From the NCBI GenBank assembly GCA_963666315.2, contig CAXXHG010000031.1:1-52758 (forward strand): a stretch of 52,758 bases of DNA, read 5' to 3'. Numbering within the stretch: position 1 is the stretch's first letter; each line of letters begins with the position of its first letter. The notes beneath the pieces are model-generated. The model was not told the origin of the DNA, ran no database searches, and was given only the letters and a program-made list of their open reading frames with translations. Of the stretch, positions 17,469 through 29,270 are shown one piece after another. Source of the stretch: Candidatus Binatia bacterium. GTDB lineage: Bacteria; Desulfobacterota; Binatia; Bin18. The position numbers were made by a program, and so were the translations under genes.

Positions 17469-20400
17469 ATCCCAGATACTCTTTCAAACATTGCGCCGTG
17501 TACGACTTCTCAGCCTTCTTGATGAGCTGCTCCGGGGTGCCGCTGGCGACTATATTTCCGCCGGCCGCGCCGCCTTCGGGCCCTAGGTCGACGATATAGT
17601 CGGCCTCTTTGATGATGTCGAGATTATGCTCGATTGTCACAACCGTATTGCCATTATCAATCAGGCGATGCAGGGTACGAATCAGTTTTTCAATATCAAC
17701 AAAGTGTAGCCCGGTGGTCGGCTCGTCTAACACATAGAGGGTTTTTCCGTGTGAGCGTTTGGCTAACTCGTAGGCCAGCTTAATGCGCTGGGCTTCGCCA
17801 CCCGACAGCGTATTGCTCGCCTGACCGAGCTTGATATAGCCCATGCCAATGTCATTCAGGAGCTGCAGCGGCCCGGCAATCTTGGGCACGCCAAAGAAAA
17901 ACGTTGCCGCCTCTTCGATCGTCATTTCGAGTACATCGGAGATACTCTTAGCGTTGTATGCAATCTCCAAGGTTTCTTCGTTATAGCGCCTCCCACCACA
18001 TACATCACAGGTGACATACACATCCGGCAGAAAACTCATCTCCATCTTGATACGACCCTGTCCAGCACAGGTTTCACACCGCCCGCCTATGACATTGAAC
18101 GAGAAGCGGCCCGGTTTATAGCCGCGTAGCCGGGCCTCGGGCAGCATGCAGAAGAGCTTGCGTACTTCGTCCCACAGGCCGACGTAGGAGGCTGGAACCG
18201 AACGCGGGGTTTTACCAATCGGGGACTGATCGACTTCCACAACACGCTCGATAGAGTCTGCATTCTCTAGGCTGTCATGCCTTCCCATGCGGCCCGCGTA
18301 CAGACCCAGTTTACGCCTCAGCGCGGTGACGAGGACGGCCTGCACCAACGAGCTCTTGCCCGATCCCGACACACCGGACACACACACCCAGGTGCCGAGA
18401 GGGATATCAACGTCGATATTCTTCAGATTATTTTCCCTCACCCCACGGAGACGCAGTGTAGGGCGATCTTTGAGCGATCGAAGCGGCCCGAGACGCGGAT
18501 GAGCAGAAGAGAGGAATCGTCCAGTGAGAGAATCCGCGTTCTGACGCAATTCATCCGGCGACCCAATTGTCACGACATGACCGCCATGCACCCCCGCACC
18601 CGGTCCGAGATCGATCACCACATCGGCGTTTTCAATCGTCTGCTCATCGTGTTCAACAACCAGCACCGTGTTGCCACGCTGCTGGAGATTCCGCAGGGTA
18701 TCAATCAGCCGGGCATTATCACGCGGATGCAGCCCTATCGTCGGCTCGTCCAGGATGTAACACACCCCGCATAGATTAGAGCCGAGCTGGGCTGCCAGAC
18801 GGATACGCTGCGCCTCTCCCCCCGACAAAGTATCGGCCCGACGGTCGAGTGTCAGATACGACAGGCCAACCTGATTGAGGAAAGTCAGCCGTGGCGCGAT
18901 CTCCTTTATGATCGGTTCACCAATAAGCACCTCCCGCTCCGATAGGGGCAGCTCCTGCATATGACTGAGACAATCATCATTCGACAAGGCCATGAGTGCG
19001 GGCAGCGACTGGCCGTGCACGCGCACGGCCCGCGCGCGCGAATTCAGACGGTCGCCGTTGCACACCGGGCACGCAGACTCGCCCAGGAATTGTGACAGCG
19101 AATAGGATGAAGCTAGCCCCTCACCGTCTTCAAGCGTTTCATTCAAAATATCGAAAACACCCCGGAGTCCGTTCCCATCCCCCGAGAAGACGAGTTCGCG
19201 CTGCTCCGTACTCAGTTCACCGAATGGCCGATCCGTTGGAACGCCGTATTTTTTTAACTCGCGTAGAAGTTTGTTCTTGTCCCGTTTGAGTTCTGAACGA
19301 GTGAGCGGCAAAAGCGCGTCTTGTTGGAGTGATTTTCTTTCATCCGGGACAACAAGCTCGGGATCAAACTCCCATAAAAAGCCCGCGCCCGTACATTCAG
19401 GACAGGCGCCCTGACGGCTATTAAACGAAAACATGCGCGGGTCGAGTTCCTCATACCCCAGCCCACACGAGACACAGAACAGCTTCTCACTATACGTGCG
19501 CTCGTCTTCACCCAGCAGATGTACAGCACCATTCCCAACTCGCAGGGCCGACTGGAGCAGAGCCTCGGTGTCGCGCCCAGTCCCATTCACCCGCGTCTCA
19601 CCAATAACAATATCAATGTCGTGCTCTTTATAGCGCTGCAAACTCATGCCCGGCTTGAGCGTCGTCCTCAGGCCGTCAATGCGCGCTTGCTGAAAGCCGA
19701 GCTTGCGCGCGCCGTCCAGGATGTCTTTATGAAACCCTTTACGCGCCCGTACCACTGGTGCAAGAAAGGTGGTGTCCTGACCATGAAAATCGGTTCGGAC
19801 ACGATCCAAGATTTGACTCCGGCTCTGGGCAGCCAAAGGCTCATCACACTTCGTACAATGCTGTACGCCAATCTTGGCATATAACAGCCGCAGATAGTGC
19901 GAGATTTCTGTGACTGTCGCAACGGTCGAGTTACGTCCGCCTCGGCTCGTGCGCTGCTCAATTGCCACGGTGGGTGGAATGCCGGTCAGCAGATCAACAT
20001 TGGGTCGCGCCAGCACTTTAATAAACTGGCGCGAATAGGCGGACAGACTATCGATGTAGCGTCGTTGCCCTTCGGCATAGACCAAATCAAAAACTAAAGT
20101 CGATTTCCCTGACCCGGATAATCCCGTCACCACCACCATTTGGTCGCGCGGGATATCAAGCGAGATATTCTGAAGGTTGTGTTCCTTGGCCCCAACAATG
20201 GCTATCGATTTCCCACTTCCTACTTCCGCAGCAATAGGCGGTAGCGGAGACTTCGCTTTTTGCTGCTTAGATCCTTCGACTCCGCTCAGGACAGGCTTTT
20301 GACTTTTGACTTTCGACCTCGCACCTTGAACTTTCGACCTTGGACCTAAAACGTGTTTGAGATACTGCCCGGTATAGGACGCTTTGACCTGCACAATCTG

Positions 20401-23166
20401 TTCCGGCGTCCCTTCCGCAATGACCCGTCCGCCGCCGTCTCCACCTTCAGGCCCAAGATCAATGAGGTGATCCGCATATTTAATCACCTCAAGATTATGT
20501 TCGATGATTAAGACAGAATGGCCACGCGTAATGAGCTGATCGAACGCATTCAGAAGTTTCTGAATATCCGCGAAATGCAGTCCGGTTGTCGGTTCATCAA
20601 AAATGAACAGCGTACCCTTGTCTTTTACCTGGGCAGTCTCCTGAGAGCGCCCTCTAGCAATATGCGTCGCCAGCTTTAGTCGCTGCGCCTCGCCGCCGGA
20701 CAGCGTAGTCAGCGATTGGCCCAGGCGCATATACTCCAGACCTACAGCCGCCAGCGGGGCAAGCCGGCGCTTGAGTTCTTTTTGCTCGCCAAAAAATTCT
20801 ATGGCTTCAGTCACCGTAAAATTGAGGATGTCGGTCAGGCCCTTGCGCTTATAGGTGACTTCCAATACTTCAGTCCGGAATCGTTTGCCGTGACATTCAG
20901 GACACGGGACATACACGTCCGAGAGAAACTGCATCTCCACTTTCTCAGCGCCTTCGCCTTTGCATGACTCGCAGCGCCCGCCTTCAACGTTGAACGAGAA
21001 TGTACTCGGGGTGTAGCCGCGCACACGGGCGAGTTCTGTTTGCGCCAGTAAGCGTCGCACCGTATCAAACGCCTTGGTATAGGTGAGTAGATTAGCCCGC
21101 GGGGTCGTCCCGATCGGAGACTGATTGACAAAAATAATGTCAGCAAGCTGATCCCCGCCCCGGATATCGCGACACGGCCCAGGTAAGCCAACCGGCTCGC
21201 CGCGCTGTTTTTTGAGTCCACGATACAGGACGTCGTCAACCAGCGTTGACTTGCCCGATCCGGATACTCCGGTCAGACACACCATGCAGCCGAGCGGAAT
21301 GGTGACATCAATGCCCTGCAGATTATGCGCGCTCGCCCCACGGATGGAGAGGCCGTATTTTTTCCGGACAGGGCGGCGTTTTTTCGGTAGCGGAATAGTC
21401 ATCCGACCAGACAGATATTGTCCGGTCAAAGACTTCTTGTCTTTGAGCAGCTTGGCGTATGGTCCCTCAAAAATAATCTCGCCGCCCTTTTCACCCGCCA
21501 ATGGTCCGAGGTCGATTATGTTGTCGGTCGCACGAATAATCTCAGGATCGTGCTCAACCACGACAACCGTATTGCCGTTGTCTCGTAGGTCTTGCAGGAT
21601 GCGGACCAGGCGTTGGCTGTCACGAGGATGCAGGCCAATAGAGGGCTCATCCAGAATATACAGCGTGTTCACCAGAGCCGAGCCTATCGCGGTTGTGAGA
21701 TCGACCCGTTCCAGTTCGCCACCGGACAGCGTTCGGGACTGACGGTCCAGGGTGAGGTATTCGACGCCAACCTCGACCAGGTAACGCAACCGTTTTCGAA
21801 TCTCGTCCAGGATGAGATGCGCGACTTGATCTTGGAAGGCGGTCAGGGTGAGATCCCCAAAAAAGCCGGCACATGCAGCTATGCTCAGCTGACTAATATC
21901 GGCGAGCCTTTTGCCTCCAACCCGATACAGGAGGGCCTCAGGTTTCAGCCGCGCGCCTTGACAGTCTTCGCACAGGAAATAGCCCCGATAGCGCGCCAGA
22001 AAGACACGCACGTGCATCTTATACGTTTTGGTTTCAAGCCATTTAAACCAGCCTCGTACGCCGTAGTAGTCGCCGTCACCTTCCATGATGACCAGCTGTT
22101 GTTCCGGACTGAGCTTGTGCCACGGCACGTCGGTCGGAATGTCCTGCTGTTCACAAAAAGAATACAGTTCGCGCCGCTCCCACTGGGCAGCCTTAATCCG
22201 CCAGGGTTTAATCGCGCCTTTTTCGAGCGTCAAGGCCGGGTCGGGCACAACCAGATCAGGATCAATATCGATGGTGCGGCCAAACCCACGGCAGGTATCA
22301 CACGCGCCCAGCGGGCTGTTAAACGAGAACATATTGGGCACAGGTTCTTTATAGGCAATGCCACACGCCGCACATTCAAGCTGATCCGAGAAGAGCAATT
22401 CGGCATTGTCCTCATCTGGAAAAAGTAGCGTGAGGCGCCCTTTCCCGTAGTGAAAGGCTTGTTCGAATGAATCATGGATGCGCTTTTTAGAGCGCGTCTT
22501 CAGGACCAAGCGATCAACCAGGATCGTACACGTTTCTTGCTGGCTTTCCGGACGCTCATCGAGTTCCTGGATATCAACCGGCTTGCCCGCTACAACAATA
22601 CGATGAAATCCAGACTGCAACAGACCACCACGCACCTCTTGCCACGGCAAACTGGCAGGCGTTGTGACAGCAAAGGTCACCAGAAAGCGGCTGCCGTCGG
22701 GTTTCTCTTCGACCAGTTTTTTATACACCGACTCAGCAGAATCCCGCTCGACCGGCTGGCCACACTCCTGGCAATACAAGGTGCCGATCTTGGCAAACAG
22801 GAGCTTGAGATGGTCATGCAGCTCGGTCATAGTCCCGACCGTTGAGCGCGAGGTACGCACCGGTCGGTTTTGGTCAATGGCAATAGCCGGCAGAATACCG
22901 TCAATGCGCTCAACCTGAGGCTTGTCCATGCGGTCCAGAAACTGCCGCGCGTAGGCCGAGAAGCTCTCGACATAGCGCCGTTGGCCTTCCGCATAGAGGA
23001 TATCGAAGGCCAGGCTGGACTTGCCGGAACCACTGACTCCCGTCACCACAGTCAGTTGGTTCAACGGGATCTGGACATCAATGTTTTTGAGATTGTTCTG
23101 GCTTGCACCAGTAACACGAATCGAGCCGCCACTCGTACCGTTGGTTTCCAATCCGGCCCTCCACAT
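17467..23166 (-). CDS. uvrA: Excinuclease ABC subunit A, double-length (two fused UvrA units)
   Basis: Four Walker A motifs ([36 protein letters not shown]), four LSGGE signatures, Zn-finger CxxC pairs, two AEGQRRY motifs. True start may be TTG at 23151 after GGAGG. Confidence 0.95.
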   Translation of the reverse strand: MWRAGLETNGTSGGSIRVTGASQNNLKNIDVQIPLNQLTVVTGVSGSGKSSLAFDILYAEGQRRYVESFSAYARQFLDRMDKPQVERIDGILPAIAIDQNRPVRTSRSTVGTMTELHDHLKLLFAKIGTLYCQECGQPVERDSAESVYKKLVEEKPDGSRFLVTFAVTTPASLPWQEVRGGLLQSGFHRIVVAGKPVDIQELDERPESQQETCTILVDRLVLKTRSKKRIHDSFEQAFHYGKGRLTLLFPDEDNAELLFSDQLECAACGIAYKEPVPNMFSFNSPLGACDTCRGFGRTIDIDPDLVVPDPALTLEKGAIKPWRIKAAQWERRELYSFCEQQDIPTDVPWHKLSPEQQLVIMEGDGDYYGVRGWFKWLETKTYKMHVRVFLARYRGYFLCEDCQGARLKPEALLYRVGGKRLADISQLSIAACAGFFGDLTLTAFQDQVAHLILDEIRKRLRYLVEVGVEYLTLDRQSRTLSGGELERVDLTTAIGSALVNTLYILDEPSIGLHPRDSQRLVRILQDLRDNGNTVVVVEHDPEIIRATDNIIDLGPLAGEKGGEIIFEGPYAKLLKDKKSLTGQYLSGRMTIPLPKKRRPVRKKYGLSIRGASAHNLQGIDVTIPLGCMVCLTGVSGSGKSTLVDDVLYRGLKKQRGEPVGLPGPCRDIRGGDQLADIIFVNQSPIGTTPRANLLTYTKAFDTVRRLLAQTELARVRGYTPSTFSFNVEGGRCESCKGEGAEKVEMQFLSDVYVPCPECHGKRFRTEVLEVTYKRKGLTDILNFTVTEAIEFFGEQKELKRRLAPLAAVGLEYMRLGQSLTTLSGGEAQRLKLATHIARGRSQETAQVKDKGTLFIFDEPTTGLHFADIQKLLNAFDQLITRGHSVLIIEHNLEVIKYADHLIDLGPEGGDGGGRVIAEGTPEQIVQVKASYTGQYLKHVLGPRSKVQGARSKVKSQKPVLSGVEGSKQQKAKSPLPPIAAEVGSGKSIAIVGAKEHNLQNISLDIPRDQMVVVTGLSGSGKSTLVFDLVYAEGQRRYIDSLSAYSRQFIKVLARPNVDLLTGIPPTVAIEQRTSRGGRNSTVATVTEISHYLRLLYAKIGVQHCTKCDEPLAAQSRSQILDRVRTDFHGQDTTFLAPVVRARKGFHKDILDGARKLGFQQARIDGLRTTLKPGMSLQRYKEHDIDIVIGETRVNGTGRDTEALLQSALRVGNGAVHLLGEDERTYSEKLFCVSCGLGYEELDPRMFSFNSRQGACPECTGAGFLWEFDPELVVPDERKSLQQDALLPLTRSELKRDKNKLLRELKKYGVPTDRPFGELSTEQRELVFSGDGNGLRGVFDILNETLEDGEGLASSYSLSQFLGESACPVCNGDRLNSRARAVRVHGQSLPALMALSNDDCLSHMQELPLSEREVLIGEPIIKEIAPRLTFLNQVGLSYLTLDRRADTLSGGEAQRIRLAAQLGSNLCGVCYILDEPTIGLHPRDNARLIDTLRNLQQRGNTVLVVEHDEQTIENADVVIDLGPGAGVHGGHVVTIGSPDELRQNADSLTGRFLSSAHPRLGPLRSLKDRPTLRLRGVRENNLKNIDVDIPLGTWVCVSGVSGSGKSSLVQAVLVTALRRKLGLYAGRMGRHDSLENADSIERVVEVDQSPIGKTPRSVPASYVGLWDEVRKLFCMLPEARLRGYKPGRFSFNVIGGRCETCAGQGRIKMEMSFLPDVYVTCDVCGGRRYNEETLEIAYNAKSISDVLEMTIEEAATFFFGVPKIAGPLQLLNDIGMGYIKLGQASNTLSGGEAQRIKLAYELAKRSHGKTLYVLDEPTTGLHFVDIEKLIRTLHRLIDNGNTVVTIEHNLDIIKEADYIVDLGPEGGAAGGNIVASGTPEQLIKKAEKSYTAQCLKEYLG
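20251..20345. repeat. In-frame heptamer array plus REP-like unit inside the UvrA linker
   Basis: ttttgac ttttgac tttcgac ctcgcac cttgaac tttcgac cttggac (20297-20345), next to ccttcgactccgctcaggacagg (20273-20295). Translates as [26 protein letters not shown]. Confidence 0.8.
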
Positions 23167-23406
23167 ACAGCTATCAGCGGATCGTAGTCAGGTCGAGATT
23201 CGGCTTCCACCCCCGCCAATGGATTGTCGGTTTCTTCATACTGAGCTGAGCCAGTTGCGTCTAGCCGGGCGTGAGGTGCCAGAGCTTTGATCCGGGGAAT
23301 CTGGTCCTCCTCCTAAACGAGACGATACGCTATAGTCCCAAGCGTCTCAAGAGTCTCAAGAGGTGGATCAAACGATCCATCCTACTTTTTGGAAGGAGGA
23401 ATTATT

Positions 23407-25071
23407 ATGAGACAGACATCTTTTAGGGCTGGGGTAGTATTTTTCTGCCTGTTTGTTTTGGCAGGCCCTGTCGTCGCAGAAGAAAAGAACGGCGCAACGG
23501 CTAATAGGGATGCGGCTGTTCCTCTCTTCGAGAATCTCGGCACCTATCACCGCCCGATCACCACAACGTCCGAGCTTGCTCAGCGCTATTTCAATCAAGG
23601 TTTTCGCCTAGTGTACGGATTCAATCATAGCGAGGCGATTCGCGCTTTTAATGAAGTCATTCGGCTCGACCACAATTGTGCCATGGCCTACTGGGGTCTT
23701 GCGCTTGCGTTGGGGCCGAATATCAACGACAAAATGCCTGCGGAACGCGGCAAACAAGCTTACGAGGCTATTCAGCAGGCTATCACCTTAGCGCGCTATG
23801 CGGGCGAGCATGAACGCGCTTACATTGAAGCCCTTGCCACGCGCTATGCGGCCGATCCGGAAAAAGCAGATCGGAAGGAGCTTGATAAGGCATATGCAGA
23901 CGCCATGCGTAGGCTGCATCAACGCTATGCGAACGACCTAGATGCTGCCACGCTCTTTGCCGCTTCACTCATGAACGTCCGCCCCTGGGATTATTGGACC
24001 CCGGATAGTCAGCCTCAGGACGGCACCCTGGAACTCGTCGCCGCACTGGAGAGCGTGATGGAACGCAACCCGGATCATATTGGGGCCATCCACTACTACA
24101 TTCATGCAGTTGAGGCGTCTTCGCAGCCCGAACGCGCCCTCCCTTACGCCCGGCGGCTGGCAGCCCAGATCCCTGGGTCCGGTCACCTCGTCCACATGCC
24201 GTCTCACATCTATATCCGCGTTGGGCTGTATGAGGAGGCGGGAGAAAGCAATGTCCGAGCGGTTGAGGCCGATGAGGCGTATATCGAGCAGGAACAGCCT
24301 CAGGGACTCTACCCCATGATGTATTACCCGCATAACATCGACTTTCTGTGGTCGGCTCGACAGATGGCAGGTCGCAGTGCAGAGGCAATTGAAGCCGCTC
24401 GTCGTCTGGCAGCCCGGACTACACCGGACGTTGCGCGCCAAGTCCCACCTTTAGAAGGCTGGACGGCTATGCCTCTGTGCGCGTTGGTCCGCTTCGGCAA
24501 ATGGGACGACGTTCTCACTGAGCCTCAACCTCCCGAAGATCTCGCATACATGACAGCTATTTGGCACTATGCGCGGGCTCTGGCCTTTACGGCAACGGAC
24601 AAAACGGAGGAGGCCAGGAAAGAGCACGCGCAGTTAGAACAGATAGTGAAGGCTATGCCAGCGGATCGTATGATAATGGGCCGGAATGCCGCTCAGACGT
24701 TGCTCACTATTGCTTCCAGTATTGTGGCCGGCGAGTTGGCAGCCAAGCATGGCAACACCGACGAGGCACTCAAACACCTCGCAGAAGCTGTTCAGGTGCA
24801 AGACAGCCTCGCCTACAACGAACCGCCTGCCTGGTATTACCCGGTTCGTCAGTCGCTAGGAGCCGTCTTGCTGGCAGCCGGGAAAAACACTGAAGCCGAG
24901 CAGGTGTATCGGAAAGATCTTGAGCAATATCAGGACAATGGCTGGTCGCTCTACGGGTTGGCTCAGAGCTTGCGCGCCCAGGGCAAAAAGAAGGACGCAC
25001 AAGCGATTGAGGCACAGTTCAAAAAAGCGTGGAGCAAGGCAGATGTGAAACTCGCCGCCTCGCAATTCTAA
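23407..25071 (+). CDS. Secreted TPR-rich conserved protein
   Basis: Signal peptide; AQRYFNQG..L.YGFNH.EA, HIGAIHYYIH, HLVHMPSHIY, NGWSLYGL; GGAGG RBS before ATG 23407. Confidence 0.8.
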   Translation: MRQTSFRAGVVFFCLFVLAGPVVAEEKNGATANRDAAVPLFENLGTYHRPITTTSELAQRYFNQGFRLVYGFNHSEAIRAFNEVIRLDHNCAMAYWGLALALGPNINDKMPAERGKQAYEAIQQAITLARYAGEHERAYIEALATRYAADPEKADRKELDKAYADAMRRLHQRYANDLDAATLFAASLMNVRPWDYWTPDSQPQDGTLELVAALESVMERNPDHIGAIHYYIHAVEASSQPERALPYARRLAAQIPGSGHLVHMPSHIYIRVGLYEEAGESNVRAVEADEAYIEQEQPQGLYPMMYYPHNIDFLWSARQMAGRSAEAIEAARRLAARTTPDVARQVPPLEGWTAMPLCALVRFGKWDDVLTEPQPPEDLAYMTAIWHYARALAFTATDKTEEARKEHAQLEQIVKAMPADRMIMGRNAAQTLLTIASSIVAGELAAKHGNTDEALKHLAEAVQVQDSLAYNEPPAWYYPVRQSLGAVLLAAGKNTEAEQVYRKDLEQYQDNGWSLYGLAQSLRAQGKKKDAQAIEAQFKKAWSKADVKLAASQF

Positions 25072-25287
25072 GAGTGTGTCTAATAAGTGTCTCTGTGGCC
25101 AAAGCCCGAGCGAAAGCAGCATGACCAAGGCGCCCGAAGCAGCTATATCCGCTGTGATATGGCGATGCAGGGCAACGCTGGACATGCTGCTTGCAGCCGG
25201 GCGACGCCCAGAATGGACTTTTTGGACACGCTCTAAGCGGGCTAAATCCTCAAAAGGGGTATAAAACATCAGAAAAGCGAGGAGAAA

Positions 25288-25875
25288 ATGACTAGACTAC
25301 TTGGCATTTCAGGCAGTCTGACCGCTGGCGGAAGCACCCGAAAAATTGTGGATGCTACGCTTCAGGCAGCCAAGACAAAAGCGCCGGACATGACAACCGA
25401 CGTTATTGACCTGCGCGAAGTAAAAATCTCTTTTTGCGACGGACGGCCTCCCGAAGAGTATCCGGACGATACAGCCCGCGTGCTCGAACGCATCCAGGCG
25501 GCAGATGCGTATGTTATCGGCACGCCGATCTATCGTGGCTCATACACTGGTGCGCTGAAAAACCTGCTCGACCATATTCCGGTCGAAGCGTTTATGGGCA
25601 AAGTCGCAGGGTTGGTCGGCAATGCGTATACGGATCATCACTACCTCAGTATCGACCAGGAACTGAAGCCGGTGCTGGCATGGTTTAATATGCATATTGT
25701 TCCGGGCAGCGTGTATGTCCGCGCCGATCAGATGCAGGGCGGCGAGATCACCGATAAACTGGTCCAGGACCATCTGCGTCAGCTCGGTGAGGCGGTCATC
25801 GCGTTGTGCCTAAGCCTCAAAGACAGCCCCCAAGGTCCTCCGCCGCTCGTTCTGTGGCCGAGGAAGAAATCGTAA
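25288..25875 (+). CDS. NAD(P)H-dependent FMN reductase (SsuE/MsuE-like)
   Basis: GISGSL..GGST, GTPIYRGSYTGALKNLLD. Confidence 0.9.
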   Translation: MTRLLGISGSLTAGGSTRKIVDATLQAAKTKAPDMTTDVIDLREVKISFCDGRPPEEYPDDTARVLERIQAADAYVIGTPIYRGSYTGALKNLLDHIPVEAFMGKVAGLVGNAYTDHHYLSIDQELKPVLAWFNMHIVPGSVYVRADQMQGGEITDKLVQDHLRQLGEAVIALCLSLKDSPQGPPPLVLWPRKKS

Positions 25876-25948
25876 TTTATATTGGACAGTTTTCCTTGAC
25901 GCCTACAGATTCACAGCATACCCTAGCGCCCGACACAGGAGTGAGTAC

Positions 25949-26947
25949 ATGCGTTTTGTCATCTTCGGCGCAGGTGCGGTGGGCAGCACGGTGGGGGCAC
26001 ATTTCGCAAGAGCCGGAACGGATATCCTACTGATCGGCGACCCAGCCCATATTGAAAAAATCCATACTGACGGTCTAAAAATGTCAGGCAAATATGGCGA
26101 ATTTGTCACTTCGCCACCGGCCTGCTCTTCTGTGGATACCTGGAAGTTCCAGCCGAATGACGTTGTCTTCCTATGCGTAAAAACATACGACGCACCCGTT
26201 GCTATCGAACAACTGCGCGCCAAGGTTCCGCCCGAAACGCGTATCTTTTGCCTCCAAAATACGATGACAAATGAGGAGCTGGTTGCCAAGCACTTCACCA
26301 ATGTCTACGGTGCGGCTTTGCACCTTGGTTCGCGCTTTGTATTTCCCGGTGAGGTGAGTCATTTGGGTGGGAATTCATTGGTGATCGGCCGGTATCCCGA
26401 AGGCATAGACAAGACGGCGGAACAGGCCGTTGCCGCCCTACAAGCGGCCAGTATGGGCGGGGCGCTTACAGACGAGATCGTCGCATGTAAGTGGGCCAAG
26501 TTTTGTATCAACCTCATGAATGCACCTGCGGCGATTCTTGATGTTTCCGGTACAGAAGCGTTTAACAACCAGGCTGCACGGCTCTTCTTTGGGGATATGT
26601 TGGAGGAAGCCCAGAACGTATTGACCAAAGCGGAGATCAAGCTCAAAACACTGCCGGGAGACCAACCTTTGTCGGCTCTGATAACAGCACTGCAGCGGAC
26701 AGACTTCACTCCCAAGCAGTTGCCGGATCGTTCCACTCACGTTTTTTCTTCCATGTGGCAAGATGTGTTCCGTCGTCGTGGTCGGACGGAAGCCCGCTAT
26801 CTGAACGGCAGGGTCAATGAGATGGGCCAACACCTTGGCCTCGAAACTCCACTGAATGCACTGTTGACACAGGTTGTTGACCAGATGGCTGAACGGCGCG
26901 AGTTGCTAGCCAGCTACACCGTGTCGGATCTGCGCCGGATGCTGTAG
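25949..26947 (+). CDS. Ketopantoate reductase (PanE/ApbA) family protein
   Basis: [30 protein letters not shown]...TE..YLNG. Confidence 0.88.
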   Translation: MRFVIFGAGAVGSTVGAHFARAGTDILLIGDPAHIEKIHTDGLKMSGKYGEFVTSPPACSSVDTWKFQPNDVVFLCVKTYDAPVAIEQLRAKVPPETRIFCLQNTMTNEELVAKHFTNVYGAALHLGSRFVFPGEVSHLGGNSLVIGRYPEGIDKTAEQAVAALQAASMGGALTDEIVACKWAKFCINLMNAPAAILDVSGTEAFNNQAARLFFGDMLEEAQNVLTKAEIKLKTLPGDQPLSALITALQRTDFTPKQLPDRSTHVFSSMWQDVFRRRGRTEARYLNGRVNEMGQHLGLETPLNALLTQVVDQMAERRELLASYTVSDLRRML

Positions 26948-26978
26948 AGGATTCTGGCCCGCGTCGAAATACAGCACG

Positions 26979-27398
26979 ATGACAGTCGCACGCTTTCACC
27001 TCGCTATCCCAGTCACCGACCTCGAAGCTGCCCGTACCTTCTACACGGAACTACTGGGTTGTACAGTCGGACGAGAGAGTTCGAGCTGGATTGATTTCAA
27101 TTTTTTCGGACACCAAGTCACAGTCCATCTTTCCCCAGCGGAAACGAAATTAGCCGCAACCAATCCCGTGGACGGCAAGCAGGTCCCGGTTCGGCATTTC
27201 GGCGTTATTCTCGACTGGGACGCGTGGCATACGCTGGCTCGCCAGTTGACCCAGGTGGGGGTGTCGTTCTTGATCGAGCCGTATATTCGTTTCCGTGGGC
27301 AGGTCGGTGAGCAGGCAACCCTGTTCTTGCTAGACCCAAGTCAGAACGGACTTGAATTCAAAGCGTTTAAAGACAAAGGACAAATCTTTGCGAGCTAG
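26979..27398 (+). CDS. VOC/glyoxalase family protein
   Basis: [40 protein letters not shown]. Confidence 0.9.
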   Translation: MTVARFHLAIPVTDLEAARTFYTELLGCTVGRESSSWIDFNFFGHQVTVHLSPAETKLAATNPVDGKQVPVRHFGVILDWDAWHTLARQLTQVGVSFLIEPYIRFRGQVGEQATLFLLDPSQNGLEFKAFKDKGQIFAS

Positions 27399-27439
27399 AT
27401 CGTTAGACTCGTAGCAGGCAGGAGAAACAGGAGGACAGC

Positions 27440-28492
27440 ATGAAAGCACTGGCATTCTTGGCAATAGGTAAGGTCGGTATCATTGATATACTCATCCCCG
27501 ATCCTGGTCCGAATGATGCGGTTATTAAAACCACGGCGTCGTTGATTTGCACCTCAGACGTTCACACCGTTCGTGGGGTCATCGAGATTCCCGAAGGGCG
27601 AGTCTTAGGACACGAAAGCGTCGGCATTGTGTACAAAGCCGGTGCCAATGTCGTAACCTGTAAAGAGGGCGACCGCGTTGTCGTCAACGCCATCACACCC
27701 TGCGGCAAGTGTGATCCATGTCAGCGCGGGCTGGCTTCGCAGTGCGGCGGCATGCTCGGCGGCTATAAGTTCACCACCCAGCGCGACGGGAATATGGCGG
27801 AATATTTCTTTGTCAATGATGCGGACTACAACGTTGTCGCCATTCCGGATGATTTGACGGATGAGCAAGCGCTGTACACCACAGACATGATGTCCACCGG
27901 CCTTGTTGGAGCACAGAATGCGGAGATTCCCGTTGGAGGAACGGTGGCCATATTTGCGCAAGGCCCGGTCGGCTTATGCGCCACAGCCAGCGCACGGATG
28001 CTGGGAGCAGGACTGGTTATCGCGGTGGACTCAAAGCCGGACCGCAAAGAGCTGGCAAAAAAGATGGGCGCCGATGTCGTTGTTGATCCAACCGAAGGCG
28101 ACGTGATCGAACAGATCATGCAGCTCACCAACGGGCTCGGCGTAGACTCAGCCATTGAAGCGCTCGGGTCTCCTATTACGTTTGAAAACTGCGTGAAAGC
28201 CACAAAACCGGGTGGTGTGATTTCCAATATCGGCTACCACGGGGAAGCGGGCGATACCTTGAGTATTCCCCTGCCGGAGTTCGGCCTCGGCATGGGCGAT
28301 AAGAAAATTCATACCGCTCTTTGTCGTGGCGGCCGCGAGCAAGTCATACGATTGTTGCGTCTGATCCAAAACGGTCGCATTGACCCCACGCCGCTCACAA
28401 CGCATAGATTTCCGTTTTCAGAAGTTGAGCAGGCGTTCGAAATGATGACGACGAAAGCGGATAATGTCATTAAGCCGTTGATTACCTTTTAG
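27440..28492 (+). CDS. Zn-dependent secondary alcohol dehydrogenase-like MDR protein
   Basis: ICTSDVH, GHESVG, CGKCDPC, DMMSTG, AQGPVG, IKPLITF. Confidence 0.9.
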   Translation: MKALAFLAIGKVGIIDILIPDPGPNDAVIKTTASLICTSDVHTVRGVIEIPEGRVLGHESVGIVYKAGANVVTCKEGDRVVVNAITPCGKCDPCQRGLASQCGGMLGGYKFTTQRDGNMAEYFFVNDADYNVVAIPDDLTDEQALYTTDMMSTGLVGAQNAEIPVGGTVAIFAQGPVGLCATASARMLGAGLVIAVDSKPDRKELAKKMGADVVVDPTEGDVIEQIMQLTNGLGVDSAIEALGSPITFENCVKATKPGGVISNIGYHGEAGDTLSIPLPEFGLGMGDKKIHTALCRGGREQVIRLLRLIQNGRIDPTPLTTHRFPFSEVEQAFEMMTTKADNVIKPLITF

Positions 28493-28581
28493 TCGTCCCC
28501 CTGCTTATTGAGCAATGGCGGGCAGCTGCGTGGACAGCTTCCACGGGCTGCCCGTTTTCGTATGGCTTTCAGAATCTTTTG

Positions 28582-29154
28582 ATGAATCTTCTGATGCGTC
28601 TTTTCTTGAAACTCGCCGGTGTCATTTTGCTCATCACCCTCAGTGCCACTCAGACAGACGCGCAAGACAACCTTGAAAAAGGTACCCAGCTCTTTCAAGA
28701 CGGCAAACCCACCCAGGCCCGGAGGATTTTTGAGCTCCTGCTGGAGCAGCAAGCTGCGAACCCGACTGCCGCCTTCTACCTTGGCCGCATTACTTTTGAC
28801 GAGCAAGACTACGGACAAGCGATAGTCTGGTTCAAGAAAAGCCTCGGCACTGGGCAGTGTCATGCAGAGTATTATTTGTGGCTCGGGCGTGCCTATGGAT
28901 ACTACACCCAGCAGGCCAGTATGTTCCGTCAACCCTTTTTAGCCAAGAAGGTACAGAAGCATTTCGAACGAGCGGTTTCTTGTGACCCTAATCACGTTGC
29001 CGCTCGGTGGGATCTGATGGAATATTACCTGAAAGCTCCCGGTTTCCTTGGTGGGAGTAGAAAGAAAGCCAAGGAACAGGCTACTGCCATTCAGCAGCGC
29101 AACCCACAAGAGGGTCAAAAAGCGTGGGAGTTGATTGCTGAGCTAGACAAATAA
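28582..29154 (+). CDS. Secreted TPR protein
   Basis: Signal peptide; FYLGRI, YYLWLGRAYG, YYLKAPGFLGGS..KA. Confidence 0.78.
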   Translation: MNLLMRLFLKLAGVILLITLSATQTDAQDNLEKGTQLFQDGKPTQARRIFELLLEQQAANPTAAFYLGRITFDEQDYGQAIVWFKKSLGTGQCHAEYYLWLGRAYGYYTQQASMFRQPFLAKKVQKHFERAVSCDPNHVAARWDLMEYYLKAPGFLGGSRKKAKEQATAIQQRNPQEGQKAWELIAELDK

Positions 29155-29177
29155 GGGCGACGCATTGCTCCCCTACA
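29153..29177 (-). repeat. GTAG-type REP-like palindrome
   Basis: Minus strand TGTAGGGGAGCAATGCGTCGCCCTT, an imperfect hairpin with a GTAG foot, just after a stop codon. Confidence 0.5.
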
Positions 29178-29270
29178 CATGCGCCCTCTCTCACGGCAAG
29201 AGCTAAAGAATCCCAGCGCTGAACCGATAGGTCCGGTAGAGGGATTTATAGCCAGTGACGGGAGGAAACC

